A stretch of DNA of 64,000 nt, from NCBI GenBank assembly GCA_005888745.1, contig VBBS01000026.1, positions 69,424 through 133,423 on the forward strand, read 5' to 3'. Of the stretch, positions 1 to 9,235 are shown in pieces. A program made the position numbers and the translations under genes. Below the pieces are notes generated by a model, which saw only the letters and a program-made list of their open reading frames with translations, ran no database searches and was not told the origin of the DNA. Numbering within the stretch: position 1 is the stretch's first letter; each line of letters starts with the position of its first letter. The DNA comes from Candidatus Bathyarchaeota archaeon. Lineage in GTDB: Archaea > Thermoproteota > Bathyarchaeia > 40CM-2-53-6.

Positions 1-787
1 CATCCTTCACAACACCCGTCTCGACACGTCCCACCGGGACAGTTCCAACACCAGTGATCGTGTACACGTCCTGAATCGGAACGCGAAGAGGCTTGTCCAG
101 AGGCTTCGGTGGTGGAATGAAATCGTTTAGCGCATCGAACACTGTCACTCCTTTGTACCACGGCGTGTTCGTGCTCTTTTTCGATAGGTTGTCACCCAGC
201 CATCCGCTGGTCGGGACGAACGGGACCTTTGAAACGTCAAAGCCCACAGTCTTGAGCAAACCCTCTAGTTCCTTTCGAGCTTCCTTGTAGCGTTCCTCGG
301 AATACTTGACTGTCTGGTCGTCCATCTTGTTGATTGCGACAACCAAGTTCTTCACTCCGAGAGTTCTTGCTAGGTAGGCGTGCTCTCTCGCTTGTCCTCC
401 AGGACCAACGGCGACTTCAAATTCGCCTTTCTTACCGGAGACGACGAGAATTGCGACGTCCGCCTGGCTTGCACCGGTGATCATGTTCTTGATGAAGTCC
501 CGGTGTCCGGGCGCGTCTATGATAGTGTAGAAATTCTTCGGTGTCTCAAACTTTTGGAATGAGAGATCGATAGTGACTCCTCTTTCTCTCTCTTCCTTGA
601 TAGTGTCTAGGACCCAGGCGTACTTGAAAGTATCACCTGCTCCCGTCTTTTCGGATTCTTTCGCGTACTGCTCGATTGTCTTCTGGTCAATGTATCCTGC
701 ATCGAACAGAAGATGACCTGTCAGCGTGCTCTTTCCATGGTCAACGTGACCCATCACTATCAGGTTAAGATGGGGTTTTGCGGACAT
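1..787 (-). CDS. tuf: Translation elongation factor aEF-1 alpha, N-terminal part (gene runs off the window edge)
   Basis: Reverse translation from ATG 787-785 reads [22 protein letters not shown]...DAPGHRDF...NKMD. These are the GTPase G1-G4 motifs of EF-1A. It is absent from the ORF track because it is open at the window edge. Confidence 0.95.
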   Translation of the reverse strand, partial: MSAKPHLNLIVMGHVDHGKSTLTGHLLFDAGYIDQKTIEQYAKESEKTGAGDTFKYAWVLDTIKEERERGVTIDLSFQKFETPKNFYTIIDAPGHRDFIKNMITGASQADVAILVVSGKKGEFEVAVGPGGQAREHAYLARTLGVKNLVVAINKMDDQTVKYSEERYKEARKELEGLLKTVGFDVSKVPFVPTSGWLGDNLSKKSTNTPWYKGVTVFDALNDFIPPPKPLDKPLRVPIQDVYTITGVGTVPVGRVETGVVKD

Positions 788-839
788 TGGATTAGTTCAG
801 ACTCCTTTCTTGAAACGGAGAGAGAAAACACCTGGTTTC

Positions 840-849
840 TTTATAAAAA
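840..849 (-). promoter_or_regulatory. Putative TATA box for the EF-1 alpha gene
   Basis: TTTATAAAAA lies about 55 nt upstream of the ATG. AAGGAG (Shine-Dalgarno-like) sits between it and the start on the minus strand. Confidence 0.3.
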
Positions 850-1023
850 GGCTTGTCCCTCAATTTTTCCACTCTTCTCCCTCGATGAAAAACTAAAACC
901 GGGTTTTTCCCTGAATTATGAAGAAAGGTCTAAATGGGAAGTTTCTCCGCGCTTTCCGATTCGAAGGCATAATGGTTGCTAGAGACTACTTCTAAGCACG
1001 AAGCCGCTCCGTCAAGCCTCGGA

Positions 1024-2265
1024 ATGCAGAAAACCCAATACGACATTGCTGTAGAACAGTTCCAGCGCGCCGCTGACCTGATGAAGCTTGACCAGAACGT
1101 TCAGGAGATTCTTCGAAAGCCTAGAAGAATTCTCAGTATAAACTTCCCGGTCAAGATGGACGACGGACGAATCCTCCTCTACCAGGGATTCAGAAGCCAG
1201 CACAACAACGCCCTAGGACCTTACAAGGGAGGAATCAGATACCACCCCAACGTCACGATCGAAGAAGTAAAGGCGTTATCCATGTGGATGACCTGGAAGT
1301 GCGCGGTCGCAGGTATTCCATTTGGAGGCGCGAAGGGAGGAGTCACAGTCAACCCGAAACTCCTATCCAAACACGAACTGGAGAGGCTCTCTAGAACATT
1401 CTTCTCGCTCATCAGCGAGATCGTGGGTCCGTTCCGCGACATACCGGCGCCTGACGTTTACACTGATTCCCAAACGATGGCCTGGTTTATGGATGAATAT
1501 AGTAAGACCGAGAGGAATAACGCGAACGCGGTCGTGACAGGTAAACCGTTGATAATAGGAGGCTCCCTCGGAAGAGATTCGGCCACCGGGAAGGGAGTAG
1601 CGGTCACTGTTGAGGAGGCCGGGAGACATCTCAAGATCGACTTGAAGAAGGCAACCTGCGCAATTCAAGGCTGGGGAAACGTTGGTTCCTTCGCGCACAT
1701 GTTTCTTGAAGAAGCCGGAGTCAAAGTTGTCGCCGTCTCCGACTCGAAGGGAGGAATTCACAAGAAAACAGGCCTCTGGTTCAACGAGGTCGCAGCGTAC
1801 AAGAAGAAGAACACGAGCTTGGCGAACCTGCCGGCGTCCGAGAACATTTCGAATGAGGAACTCCTCGAGCTAGACGTGGACATACTCGTGCCTGCAGCTC
1901 TAGAGGACGTCATCACAGAAAATAACGCTCGAAACATCAAGGCAAAGCTAGTTGCTGAAGGCGCTAACGGGCCGACGACCCCGGAGGCCGATGATATCCT
2001 CTTCAAGAGAGACATCACTCTGATTCCCGACATCCTAGCAAACTCTGGCGGGGTAAGCACAAGCTACCTTGAATGGGTGCAGAATCTTCAGCACCTTTGG
2101 TGGACCGCCGAAGAAGTAGACCATCGTCTAACGGCGATAATGAAAAAGGCGTTTGCTGAAGTTTGGAAGACCAGTCAAGAGCAGAACGTCGACATGCGTA
2201 CCGGTGCCTACGTCTACGCGATAGGCAAGGTTCGAGACGCCATGCAGATCCGAGGCTGGGTTTAG
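1024..2265 (+). CDS. gdhA: Glutamate dehydrogenase
   Basis: Shows the GDH family signature KGGIRYHP, GIPFGGAKGG and a GWGNVG Rossmann motif. The ORF opens at TTG 976, but ATG 1024 (MQKTQYD) is the more plausible start. Confidence 0.9.
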   Translation: MQKTQYDIAVEQFQRAADLMKLDQNVQEILRKPRRILSINFPVKMDDGRILLYQGFRSQHNNALGPYKGGIRYHPNVTIEEVKALSMWMTWKCAVAGIPFGGAKGGVTVNPKLLSKHELERLSRTFFSLISEIVGPFRDIPAPDVYTDSQTMAWFMDEYSKTERNNANAVVTGKPLIIGGSLGRDSATGKGVAVTVEEAGRHLKIDLKKATCAIQGWGNVGSFAHMFLEEAGVKVVAVSDSKGGIHKKTGLWFNEVAAYKKKNTSLANLPASENISNEELLELDVDILVPAALEDVITENNARNIKAKLVAEGANGPTTPEADDILFKRDITLIPDILANSGGVSTSYLEWVQNLQHLWWTAEEVDHRLTAIMKKAFAEVWKTSQEQNVDMRTGAYVYAIGKVRDAMQIRGWV

Positions 2266-2276
2266 AAGACTAGCCG

Positions 2277-2732
2277 TCAGTCTAGTAGCGCTGTGAGCTT
2301 TCGCTCCTCACGGGCCTCATCCGCCATTGCGTCCATCGCCATCTTATGAGTAACCATGTCGGTATCTCGAGTCTTGCTGGCGAGCCGCTGGTAGAACTCA
2401 AGCGATGATCTTTCAAGCTTCAAGCTTTCCTTGATCATCGCCTTCAGATCATTTCCCCTCCGCGGCGGGTCCGAATAAGAAAAGAAGGCCTTCTTCTCCC
2501 ACTCAATGGGTTTTGATATAGGTACTCCTCCTAGCTGTATGATTCTTTCCATGAATCTTGAAGCATGATCCCATTCCCCGTCAGCCATTTCCTTAAAGAG
2601 CTTCGAAAGGGGCAGTGAGCTGATTCCGCTGGCTATCTTGCTGAGGTATAGGTATCGGAAAGCTGCAAGGGTTTCTCCGGCAAGAGCTTGGTTGAGGTCA
2701 TCGAGAAGCGTCGGTTCCTTCTTGACTGACAA
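2277..2732 (-). CDS. Ferritin-like (bacterioferritin/Dps-like) four-helix-bundle protein
   Basis: 151 aa with E..A...Y and E..H spacing typical of ferritin-like di-iron sites (GETLAAFRYLY, DGEWDHASRFMERI, LKLERSSLEFY). Confidence 0.5.
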   Translation of the reverse strand: MSVKKEPTLLDDLNQALAGETLAAFRYLYLSKIASGISSLPLSKLFKEMADGEWDHASRFMERIIQLGGVPISKPIEWEKKAFFSYSDPPRRGNDLKAMIKESLKLERSSLEFYQRLASKTRDTDMVTHKMAMDAMADEAREERKLTALLD

Positions 2733-2792
2733 GACTGGTCAAACCATTGCGTAGCCCCCGGGAGTCTTTTTAGCCTTATTCCAAACAGCCAG

Positions 2793-3710
2793 ATGTTGTG
2801 GAAATCACAAAGTGGAATATTCTGGAGTGTCGGGGCTCTGAGCGTGTCTAACCGCGCGTCATTAGTTCGTTTGAGCGCGTACCTGACGCTGATACGGCCT
2901 CCAAATACCATAATGATCGGGCTTGGCGTTGTCATAGGTGAAGCAATTGGCCTCGGCATTCTCCCGGGAATTCGAGAGGCCGTTTTCGGGTTCCTGACTG
3001 CTGCTCTAATGATGGCTGGAACAATGGTGGCCAACGACGTTTACGATATTGAAATTGACAAGATCAACAGCCCGCAACGGCCACTCCCTTCCGGAACAGT
3101 GAAAACCAGAACCGCGGTCGCGTTGGCAACGGCCCTCTCCGCCGCGGCGATAGCGTTCTCCGCGCTGCTCAACCTATGGACGTTTCTAACTGCGCTCCTC
3201 GCTCTCGCGCTGATGATTTACTATAACACGAAAGGAAAGAAAACCGGGCTGATAGGAAATGCGGTTGTAAGTTTCAACGTCGCGCTACCCTTCTTCTACG
3301 GAGGCCTCGCCGTGAATTCGATCAGCCCTCTGCTCTTCATCTTCTCCATTGTGGCCTTTCTAGCAAACTTTGGCAGGGAAGTCGCGAAGGGAATAGCTGA
3401 CGTGAAGGGAGACAGCCTCCGTCAAGTCCGGACCCTAGCGGTAGTAAGAGGCGCAAAGCCTGCAGCATTCGCATCTGCAGGATTATTCGTTGCTGCAGTT
3501 CTGCTCAGCTTTCTCCCGCCATTTCTTGAGAGTATTTCCTGGCTGTATTTTCCTCCAGTGATAATTGCAGATATCGGTTTTCTTTACTCAGCATACAGGT
3601 TAGTCGGTAACCAGACCCCTGAAAACATTCGATCAGTCAAGGGTCACGTTTTGATGTGGATGCTGTTAGGACTTGTGGGTTTTCTTTTGGGAGGCGCCGC
3701 TCTCCTTTGA
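2793..3710 (+). CDS. UbiA-family prenyltransferase, probably digeranylgeranylglyceryl phosphate synthase
   Basis: Multi-TM protein with the UbiA Asp-rich motif NDVYDIEIDKIN and a second acidic motif region. It is adjacent to the mevalonate genes. Confidence 0.75.
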   Translation: MLWKSQSGIFWSVGALSVSNRASLVRLSAYLTLIRPPNTIMIGLGVVIGEAIGLGILPGIREAVFGFLTAALMMAGTMVANDVYDIEIDKINSPQRPLPSGTVKTRTAVALATALSAAAIAFSALLNLWTFLTALLALALMIYYNTKGKKTGLIGNAVVSFNVALPFFYGGLAVNSISPLLFIFSIVAFLANFGREVAKGIADVKGDSLRQVRTLAVVRGAKPAAFASAGLFVAAVLLSFLPPFLESISWLYFPPVIIADIGFLYSAYRLVGNQTPENIRSVKGHVLMWMLLGLVGFLLGGAALL

Positions 3711-4994
3711 GTTAGACAAATCGAGCAGCAATTCTCTAGCTCGGTCCAGCCGGATTTTCCGCTCTGCGACCATTTTTTCCGCCACAAGGTCGATCAGATC
3801 TCCTTGAGCACCGGCCATCGCTGCGATGTTTCTAGCGTGAAGAGACATGTGCCCCTTCTGAATTCCCTCAGCAGCTAAGGCGCGCAATGCGGCCATGTTC
3901 TGGGCCAATCCCACCGAGGCCATAACCTCCCCGAGCTCGCGAGCCGTCTTTACGCCGAGGATCTTCAGGCAGATCTTCGCCATCGGGTGCACGGCTGTAA
4001 CTCCCCCAATGATTCCGACGGCGGCCGGGATCTCGATTGTCCCCGATAGGTTTCCTTTGGAATCTTTCTTCCATTTTGTAAGGGGCGAATAATGTCCAGA
4101 TCGAGCCGCGTAAGCATGAGCCCCTGCTTCTATCGCGCGAGTGTCATTCCCGGTGGCTAGGCAGACGGCGGTTACTCCGTTCATGACTCCCTTGTTATGG
4201 GTTGCACATCTGTACGGGTCGGCAGCGGCGAACGCGTATGCTTCGACAATCCCGTCTACAATGTCCTCGCCCCCAAGGACTTCCTTCGAAATGGTCGCCG
4301 TAGCCTTAGCAATCCTCCTATCCGCAAGGTTTGAAATAATCCGCAATCGGGCCTGGCCCTTGGAAATTTTTTCAAGCATCGGTGCCACAGCCTCGGCCAT
4401 GGTGTTGACAACGTTGGCGCCCATGGCGTCGCGGCAGTCGACTATAAGCTCGGCAATGACCAACGTTCCGACCTGGCTGGGTAGGATTCTGACGCGTAGG
4501 TCCTTGGCCCCGCCCCCCATTGAGACTAGAGTCGGATCCTGCTGGTTGGCTTTTTCGAGGATCTCTTTTCTTGCCGAAAGGATCTCCTTTTCAGCGTCCT
4601 TCGGCGAGGGACATTTCACGATCTGGATCTGACTGATCATCAGAGGTTCCGTGCTGGTGGCTGTGAAGCCGCCAGTGGGTCGTGCCATCTTGGCCGCGTT
4701 ACTTGCCGCTGCGACTACTGATGGCTCTTCTATAGCCATCGGGACTAGGTAGTCTCTTCCGTTGACGAGGAAGTTCGTTGCTATTCCTAGGGGAATTGGG
4801 AACATGCTGATTACATTCTCGATCATTCGCTGAGCGGTCGCGCTCGGCATTGTTCCGTTGGCTAGGGTCTCGGCTTCCTCTGAGGTTAGACTTGCGAACT
4901 CTTTGACGATTCTGAGCCTTTCTTCCATCGTGAGCTTGTAGAACGAGGAGATGGCTGAACTTCTCCTCAGAACGGGTGTTTCCAAATCTCTCAC
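3666..4994 (-). CDS. hmgA: HMG-CoA reductase, class II type
   Basis: Collinear with the Pseudomonas mevalonii-type enzyme: EEPSVVAAASNAAKMAR, DAMGANVVNTMAE, ATHNKGVMNG, GTIEIPAAVGIIGG, GIQKGHMSLHARN. Confidence 0.9.
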   Translation of the reverse strand: MRDLETPVLRRSSAISSFYKLTMEERLRIVKEFASLTSEEAETLANGTMPSATAQRMIENVISMFPIPLGIATNFLVNGRDYLVPMAIEEPSVVAAASNAAKMARPTGGFTATSTEPLMISQIQIVKCPSPKDAEKEILSARKEILEKANQQDPTLVSMGGGAKDLRVRILPSQVGTLVIAELIVDCRDAMGANVVNTMAEAVAPMLEKISKGQARLRIISNLADRRIAKATATISKEVLGGEDIVDGIVEAYAFAAADPYRCATHNKGVMNGVTAVCLATGNDTRAIEAGAHAYAARSGHYSPLTKWKKDSKGNLSGTIEIPAAVGIIGGVTAVHPMAKICLKILGVKTARELGEVMASVGLAQNMAALRALAAEGIQKGHMSLHARNIAAMAGAQGDLIDLVAEKMVAERKIRLDRARELLLDLSNSKESGASQKKTHKS

Positions 4995-5006
4995 AATCTC
5001 GCGCGT

Positions 5007-5540
5007 CTAGTCCTCTGGAAGACCTAGGTTCTGCTTTCTCAGCTTGTTAAACGCGATTGGAAACCATGGAGTATATTTCGCCGGATTCTTGTCCAGATCC
5101 CTTTGGAGCTCGGTGAGCGTAACCCACTTCCAATCATCTACCTCTTCAGAATTAGGTTTCGGGTCTCTATCATATTGCCCGACAAAGACATGGTCGAACT
5201 CGTGTTCTGTCAAGCCGCTCTTTGGGTCGGTCGCCTTGTACACAAAACTGAAAGTCTCCTTTAGCGGCGTATCAAACCCCAACTCTTGCTTGAGCTTTCT
5301 ATGGACTGCAGCCTCGAGTTTCTCGCCCTTTATTGGATGACTGCAACATGGGTTGCTCCAGAGGCTCTGGAAGTGATGCTTCGCCTTTGATCTGAGCTGG
5401 AGAAGTGCTTCTTTCTTGGAGTTGAAAATGAAGATTGAAAAGGCTCTGTGCAATTTCCCGCCGTCGCGATGAGCTGCTAGTTTTTCTTCGTATCCGATCG
5501 GATTATCTCTCTCATCAACTAGAACTATGATCTCGGGCAT
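5007..5540 (-). CDS. idi: Isopentenyl-diphosphate delta-isomerase, type 1 (Nudix)
   Basis: LHRAFSIFIFN, WSNPCCSHP and LTEHEFDHVF match the Cys/Glu active-site regions of type-1 IDI. Confidence 0.85.
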   Translation of the reverse strand: MPEIIVLVDERDNPIGYEEKLAAHRDGGKLHRAFSIFIFNSKKEALLQLRSKAKHHFQSLWSNPCCSHPIKGEKLEAAVHRKLKQELGFDTPLKETFSFVYKATDPKSGLTEHEFDHVFVGQYDRDPKPNSEEVDDWKWVTLTELQRDLDKNPAKYTPWFPIAFNKLRKQNLGLPED

Positions 5541-5609
5541 TTTTCTTTCTCTGTTTATCGGGGTAGGAAACGCTCTTTTTCTGCCTTTCCGATCTGAGTC
5601 ATTCGAGGA

Positions 5610-6602
5610 CTAATCGACCCCTCCTAGATCAAGGGACACATTGTAAATGGTTCCTCCCGCTTTTCGTAACTTCCTCGCAATATTCGACCGGGCATGGTTG
5701 TCATCGCATGCAGCTATGATACATCCCCCGCCTCCCGCCCCTGTGAGCTTGGCTCCGAGGGCCCCTGCTTCCCGGGCCTCCGCTACTAGCCTATCTAGTG
5801 CGGGAGTCGAAACACCAATCTGACGGAGTAGTTCATGGTTTCTGTCCATCAGGGATCCCAGGTCGTCGCGGTCTTCGCTTTGTAGAGCCTTCGTCACGGC
5901 ATTCGATATTACGGTGATCTCGTCCAGGTGTGTTTGAAACCTGCGTGTTTGTTCCTGTGATCTCTTGACAACCGACCCCACCAACGCTTTGGTTGACCGG
6001 TGGGCTCCCGAGTCGCATACAAGAATCGTCGGTGGTCGTTTGACGGTAATCGCCTTGATCTTTGAGGGTTTGTTGAATTGAATGATTCCTCCGTAGATGC
6101 AAGTTGCCTGGTCAACGCCAGATGGTTGTCCATGAAGATAGTTCTCTGGGATGAAAGCAAGCTTAAAGATCTCTTCTCGGTCGAGTCGAGCGCCCGTCGA
6201 TTTGGCTACTGCTGAGATGGTTGCGACTGCAGTGGAGGCGGATGACCCCAAGCCTGCGCCGATCGGGATCTGGCAGTTCGCATCAACATGGACGCTTTGG
6301 TCCCTGGTAACCAAGTGGTCGAGCGTCGCGTTCGCCGCGAGGCGCAGAGGTTCTAGAAGCGCCTGATTCTTGCTCGCTGATGACCGGTTGCTAGCGTCGT
6401 CGACTAGATGAAGCGGAATGTCAGCGGTTACTTCGATCTTCCCGCTTTGAGAAGGTCGCACCTCTATCTTTGAGTAGAGATTGACCGCCATAGCTACTGC
6501 TGGTGCACCTAGGACGACGAATTGTTCTCCGCAGAGGATTATCTTTCCAGGTGCTCGGGAAGAGGCGGTCGATGGAGAAGTTGATGGCGAGTCCGAGCTC
6601 AC
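5610..6602 (-). CDS. mvk: Mevalonate kinase
   Basis: GHMP kinase motifs GKIILCGEQFVV, PIGAGLGSSAS and KLTGAGGGGC. GTG start in a GTGA overlap with the upstream gene. Confidence 0.9.
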   Translation of the reverse strand: MSSDSPSTSPSTASSRAPGKIILCGEQFVVLGAPAVAMAVNLYSKIEVRPSQSGKIEVTADIPLHLVDDASNRSSASKNQALLEPLRLAANATLDHLVTRDQSVHVDANCQIPIGAGLGSSASTAVATISAVAKSTGARLDREEIFKLAFIPENYLHGQPSGVDQATCIYGGIIQFNKPSKIKAITVKRPPTILVCDSGAHRSTKALVGSVVKRSQEQTRRFQTHLDEITVISNAVTKALQSEDRDDLGSLMDRNHELLRQIGVSTPALDRLVAEAREAGALGAKLTGAGGGGCIIAACDDNHARSNIARKLRKAGGTIYNVSLDLGGVD

Positions 6603-7447
6603 TTCGTGAATGCGATCGCCGCGTAACCAACTACCGAACGCTTGTCCCCCGCCGTGTCTCCACTCGTCTGGTATGACAGCAGCTTGGCCTGTTTGGCTCC
6701 TAGCACCTTAGACGCATGCATGACGGCCGTGACGGGACCGTATCCGCACGCTGACACGTGATTTTCCTCGATAGTGTCCTGGAATTTTCTCTCATCCATT
6801 TCGAGCACGGCCTGGATTACTTCCATGTCCTTTTTCTTCGCCGATTCGTGAGATTCGTAGTGGGTCCAGTCCGATGATGCGATGAGCATGGCTCCGGTCC
6901 CTGCGGAAGCTTTCGCGATTGCGTCGCCTATTTCCGTGCTGGTTTCAAGGTCTTGGAGCATCACGCAGATCGGTACGAACTGGAAACGTCTTGGATAGAT
7001 GAATTGTAGAAAGGGAAGCTGGACCTCTATCGAATGTTCCCTCCTGTGAGCTTCCTCTTCTACATCAATTAGGCCTGACAATCTCGCAATCGAGGAAGCC
7101 AAGGACTTGTCGAGCGGAACGTCACCGAGCGGAGTTGCCCATTGCCCATCTGTCATTGTTGAGACGCTGCTCCCGTAGCCAGTATGGTTTGGCCCTAGAA
7201 TTATCACCGACTCTCTCAAGCCTGAAGTGGCCAAACTATAGTAGCTGTTGGCAGCGACGGGTCCAGAGTAATCGTAGCCCGCATGTGGTACAACGATCGC
7301 CACAAGCCGGTCGTCAGGTGTGCCGGGAACGGACGGTATCGATCTTGGTCCGAGAGGATGCAGGAAACAGTTGTGTATCTGGGTTCGGAGCGCGCCTTCA
7401 GTATCAGGATAGAAGGTGCCTGCTTGTGCGGGTGGGCGTGTTTTCAC
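6599..7447 (-). CDS. MEMO1 / AmmeMemoRadiSam system protein B family protein
   Basis: N-terminus RPPAQAGTFYP, VVPHAGYDYSG, ILGPNHTG and SSDWTHYE are typical of the MEMO-like family. GTGA overlaps on both sides. Confidence 0.8.
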   Translation of the reverse strand: MKTRPPAQAGTFYPDTEGALRTQIHNCFLHPLGPRSIPSVPGTPDDRLVAIVVPHAGYDYSGPVAANSYYSLATSGLRESVIILGPNHTGYGSSVSTMTDGQWATPLGDVPLDKSLASSIARLSGLIDVEEEAHRREHSIEVQLPFLQFIYPRRFQFVPICVMLQDLETSTEIGDAIAKASAGTGAMLIASSDWTHYESHESAKKKDMEVIQAVLEMDERKFQDTIEENHVSACGYGPVTAVMHASKVLGAKQAKLLSYQTSGDTAGDKRSVVGYAAIAFTK

Positions 7448-8124
7448 GCCTCTCCACCGGAAGCTCGTCCCATGGGCATGGCGGCAAGCTTCGTCTCAAA
7501 ATCATCCACGGTCTGCGGAATTGTTCCGTCTTGTGGAAGTTCTCCCCTTTCACGGAGGACCTGTCGGGCAAGTAGCCAGTAGACCACAGCCAGGGCTCTC
7601 CTTCCCTTGTTGTTTACCGGAATCACGAAATCAACACCTGCAAAGACATTGTCAGTGTCGCATAGGGCAATGACTGGCACCCCTACGGATGTGGCTTCTT
7701 TGATTGCTTGCCAGTCAGCTCGGGGATCTGTTACTAGGACGACCTGTGGCTCCGCGTGGTGGGGCTGTAGAGGATTGGATATCAGCCCTGGCATGAATCG
7801 ACCTACAATCGGAACTGTCCTAGTGACCTCTGCGAACTTCTCCACCGGAGTCTTGCCGTAGAGTCTGGAAGACACGGCGAGCACTCTCCCTGGGTCGAAT
7901 CTGCCCATGAATCTGGCGGCGATCCTGATCTTCTCGTTAGTATCGCCAATGTTGAGGATGAACAGACCATCTGGTCGGACTCTGAAGATGTACCTTTCCA
8001 TGTCCACCGTCTTGATTCGTGTGCCAATGTGGAGGCCGGCTGCCAAGAGTTCCTCGAGAGAGAGGAGGAGATTTTCTGCTCTCGGTATCGCTTCTCTATC
8101 TTCGATGTCTTGGCTTTCCAACAT
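7444..8124 (-). CDS. rps2: 30S ribosomal protein uS2
   Basis: LLAAGLHIGT, IFILNIGDT and VLVTDPRADWQAIKEA...GVPVIALCDTDN match uS2. Confidence 0.9.
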   Translation of the reverse strand: MLESQDIEDREAIPRAENLLLSLEELLAAGLHIGTRIKTVDMERYIFRVRPDGLFILNIGDTNEKIRIAARFMGRFDPGRVLAVSSRLYGKTPVEKFAEVTRTVPIVGRFMPGLISNPLQPHHAEPQVVLVTDPRADWQAIKEATSVGVPVIALCDTDNVFAGVDFVIPVNNKGRRALAVVYWLLARQVLRERGELPQDGTIPQTVDDFETKLAAMPMGRASGGEA

Positions 8125-8134
8125 GGTTCCTCGT

Positions 8135-8359
8135 CTATATGATCTCGGCTCGTTTCTTGGCGGAGACTTGGGGGTACTTTAGGAACTCGTCGATTATTTC
8201 GACGTGAGTTATGAGCATTCTTCGGCAGCAGTATCGTCGGATTCCCAGCTCGTCTAGTACTTTGATGGGTCTGTCGCCTGCTCTAACCCTTAGACTGAAG
8301 GTTTCCCACTTGTCGGCTATCTGCTTGCCGCAAGTGAAGCATCTTACTGGGATGATCAT
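8135..8359 (-). CDS. rpoN: DNA-directed RNA polymerase subunit N (Rpo10)
   Basis: [12 protein letters not shown]...RYCCRRML zinc-binding signature of RpoN/RPB10. Confidence 0.9.
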   Translation of the reverse strand: MIIPVRCFTCGKQIADKWETFSLRVRAGDRPIKVLDELGIRRYCCRRMLITHVEIIDEFLKYPQVSAKKRAEII

Positions 8360-8366
8360 TTCATTC

Positions 8367-8777
8367 TTACCTGTACGATTTCTGTTTTCTTCGTCGTGCG
8401 CTTGGTCCGCCGAACTTCTTGGGTTCGGTGACTCGTTGATCCCCAGCTAACATTACTCTGTCGAAGGCGATGAAGTTCTTTCTTAGCTCGCTGCTCTTGG
8501 TCCATGAAGCAAGTGATCGTGCGATCGCGATTCTGGCCGCTTCGGCTTGGCCCATGAAACCTCCACCATTGACGGATACGCGGATGTCCACTCCTTTGGC
8601 ACGCTCCCCCGCTATGATCAGCGGCTCTTGGATCTTCATCCGGACGACCTCGGGACTAACGTAGTCGAGAGAATGATCGTTGAAATAGATTCGACCCTTT
8701 CCAGGTTTCACGACAGCGCGGGCTATCGCGGTTTTTCTCTTACCCGTTTCTAGTACAATCTTCCTCTTCTCGCTCAG
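8367..8777 (-). CDS. rps9: 30S ribosomal protein uS9 (start inferred at CTG 8777-8775)
   Basis: The ORF-track version starts at GTG 8711. The conserved [14 protein letters not shown] motif is encoded in frame upstream with no ATG/GTG/TTG. CTG overlaps the rpl13 stop as CTGA. The protein ends ...RRRKQKSYR. Confidence 0.85.
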   Translation of the reverse strand: MSEKRKIVLETGKRKTAIARAVVKPGKGRIYFNDHSLDYVSPEVVRMKIQEPLIIAGERAKGVDIRVSVNGGGFMGQAEAARIAIARSLASWTKSSELRKNFIAFDRVMLAGDQRVTEPKKFGGPSARRRKQKSYR

Positions 8778-9235
8778 GCGGGAATCCCTCCTATCTCTTC
8801 TGCCAACTGAGCAACGGTGATAAAGGGAACTCTCAGCTTTGACGCGTTTGCGTGCGACACGGTGTTGTACGTTTTTCCCTCGTACTCTTTTGGAATCCCA
8901 ACGTACACCATGACTCTGTGGAAGGCCTCTTTTCCATGAGTCTTCTTCCAGGGAAGCATTCCCCTGATAACTCTCCGGACATAGTTGTCAGGCCTTCTAG
9001 GATGAGTTGGGGCTTTTTCCTGGTTGCCGAGAGTTCGTGTTTTTAATTTCGTCTTCGCCCGGGCGACGACTCTGGCCTTTGTCCCAGAGATAATTGCTCG
9101 TTCAGCGTTCAGCACGACCATCTTCTTCCCTTCGAGGGCCTGTTTCGCGACGTAGCTTGCCATTCTTCCCAATATCAGATTAGATGCGTCAACAACTTCC
9201 TCTTCTGGTGAGAGACTTGCAACCATTTTTTTCAA
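8774..9235 (-). CDS. rpl13: 50S ribosomal protein uL13
   Basis: DASNLILGRMASYVAK, VVLNAE and RGMLP match uL13. ATGA overlap with rpoD. Confidence 0.9.
   Translation of the reverse strand: MKKMVASLSPEEEVVDASNLILGRMASYVAKQALEGKKMVVLNAERAIISGTKARVVARAKTKLKTRTLGNQEKAPTHPRRPDNYVRRVIRGMLPWKKTHGKEAFHRVMVYVGIPKEYEGKTYNTVSHANASKLRVPFITVAQLAEEIGGIPA

Noticed and set aside
976-1023. A TTG 976 start for gdhA.
   Set aside because: The extra 16 residues are not GDH-like. ATG 1024 gives a typical GDH N-terminus.
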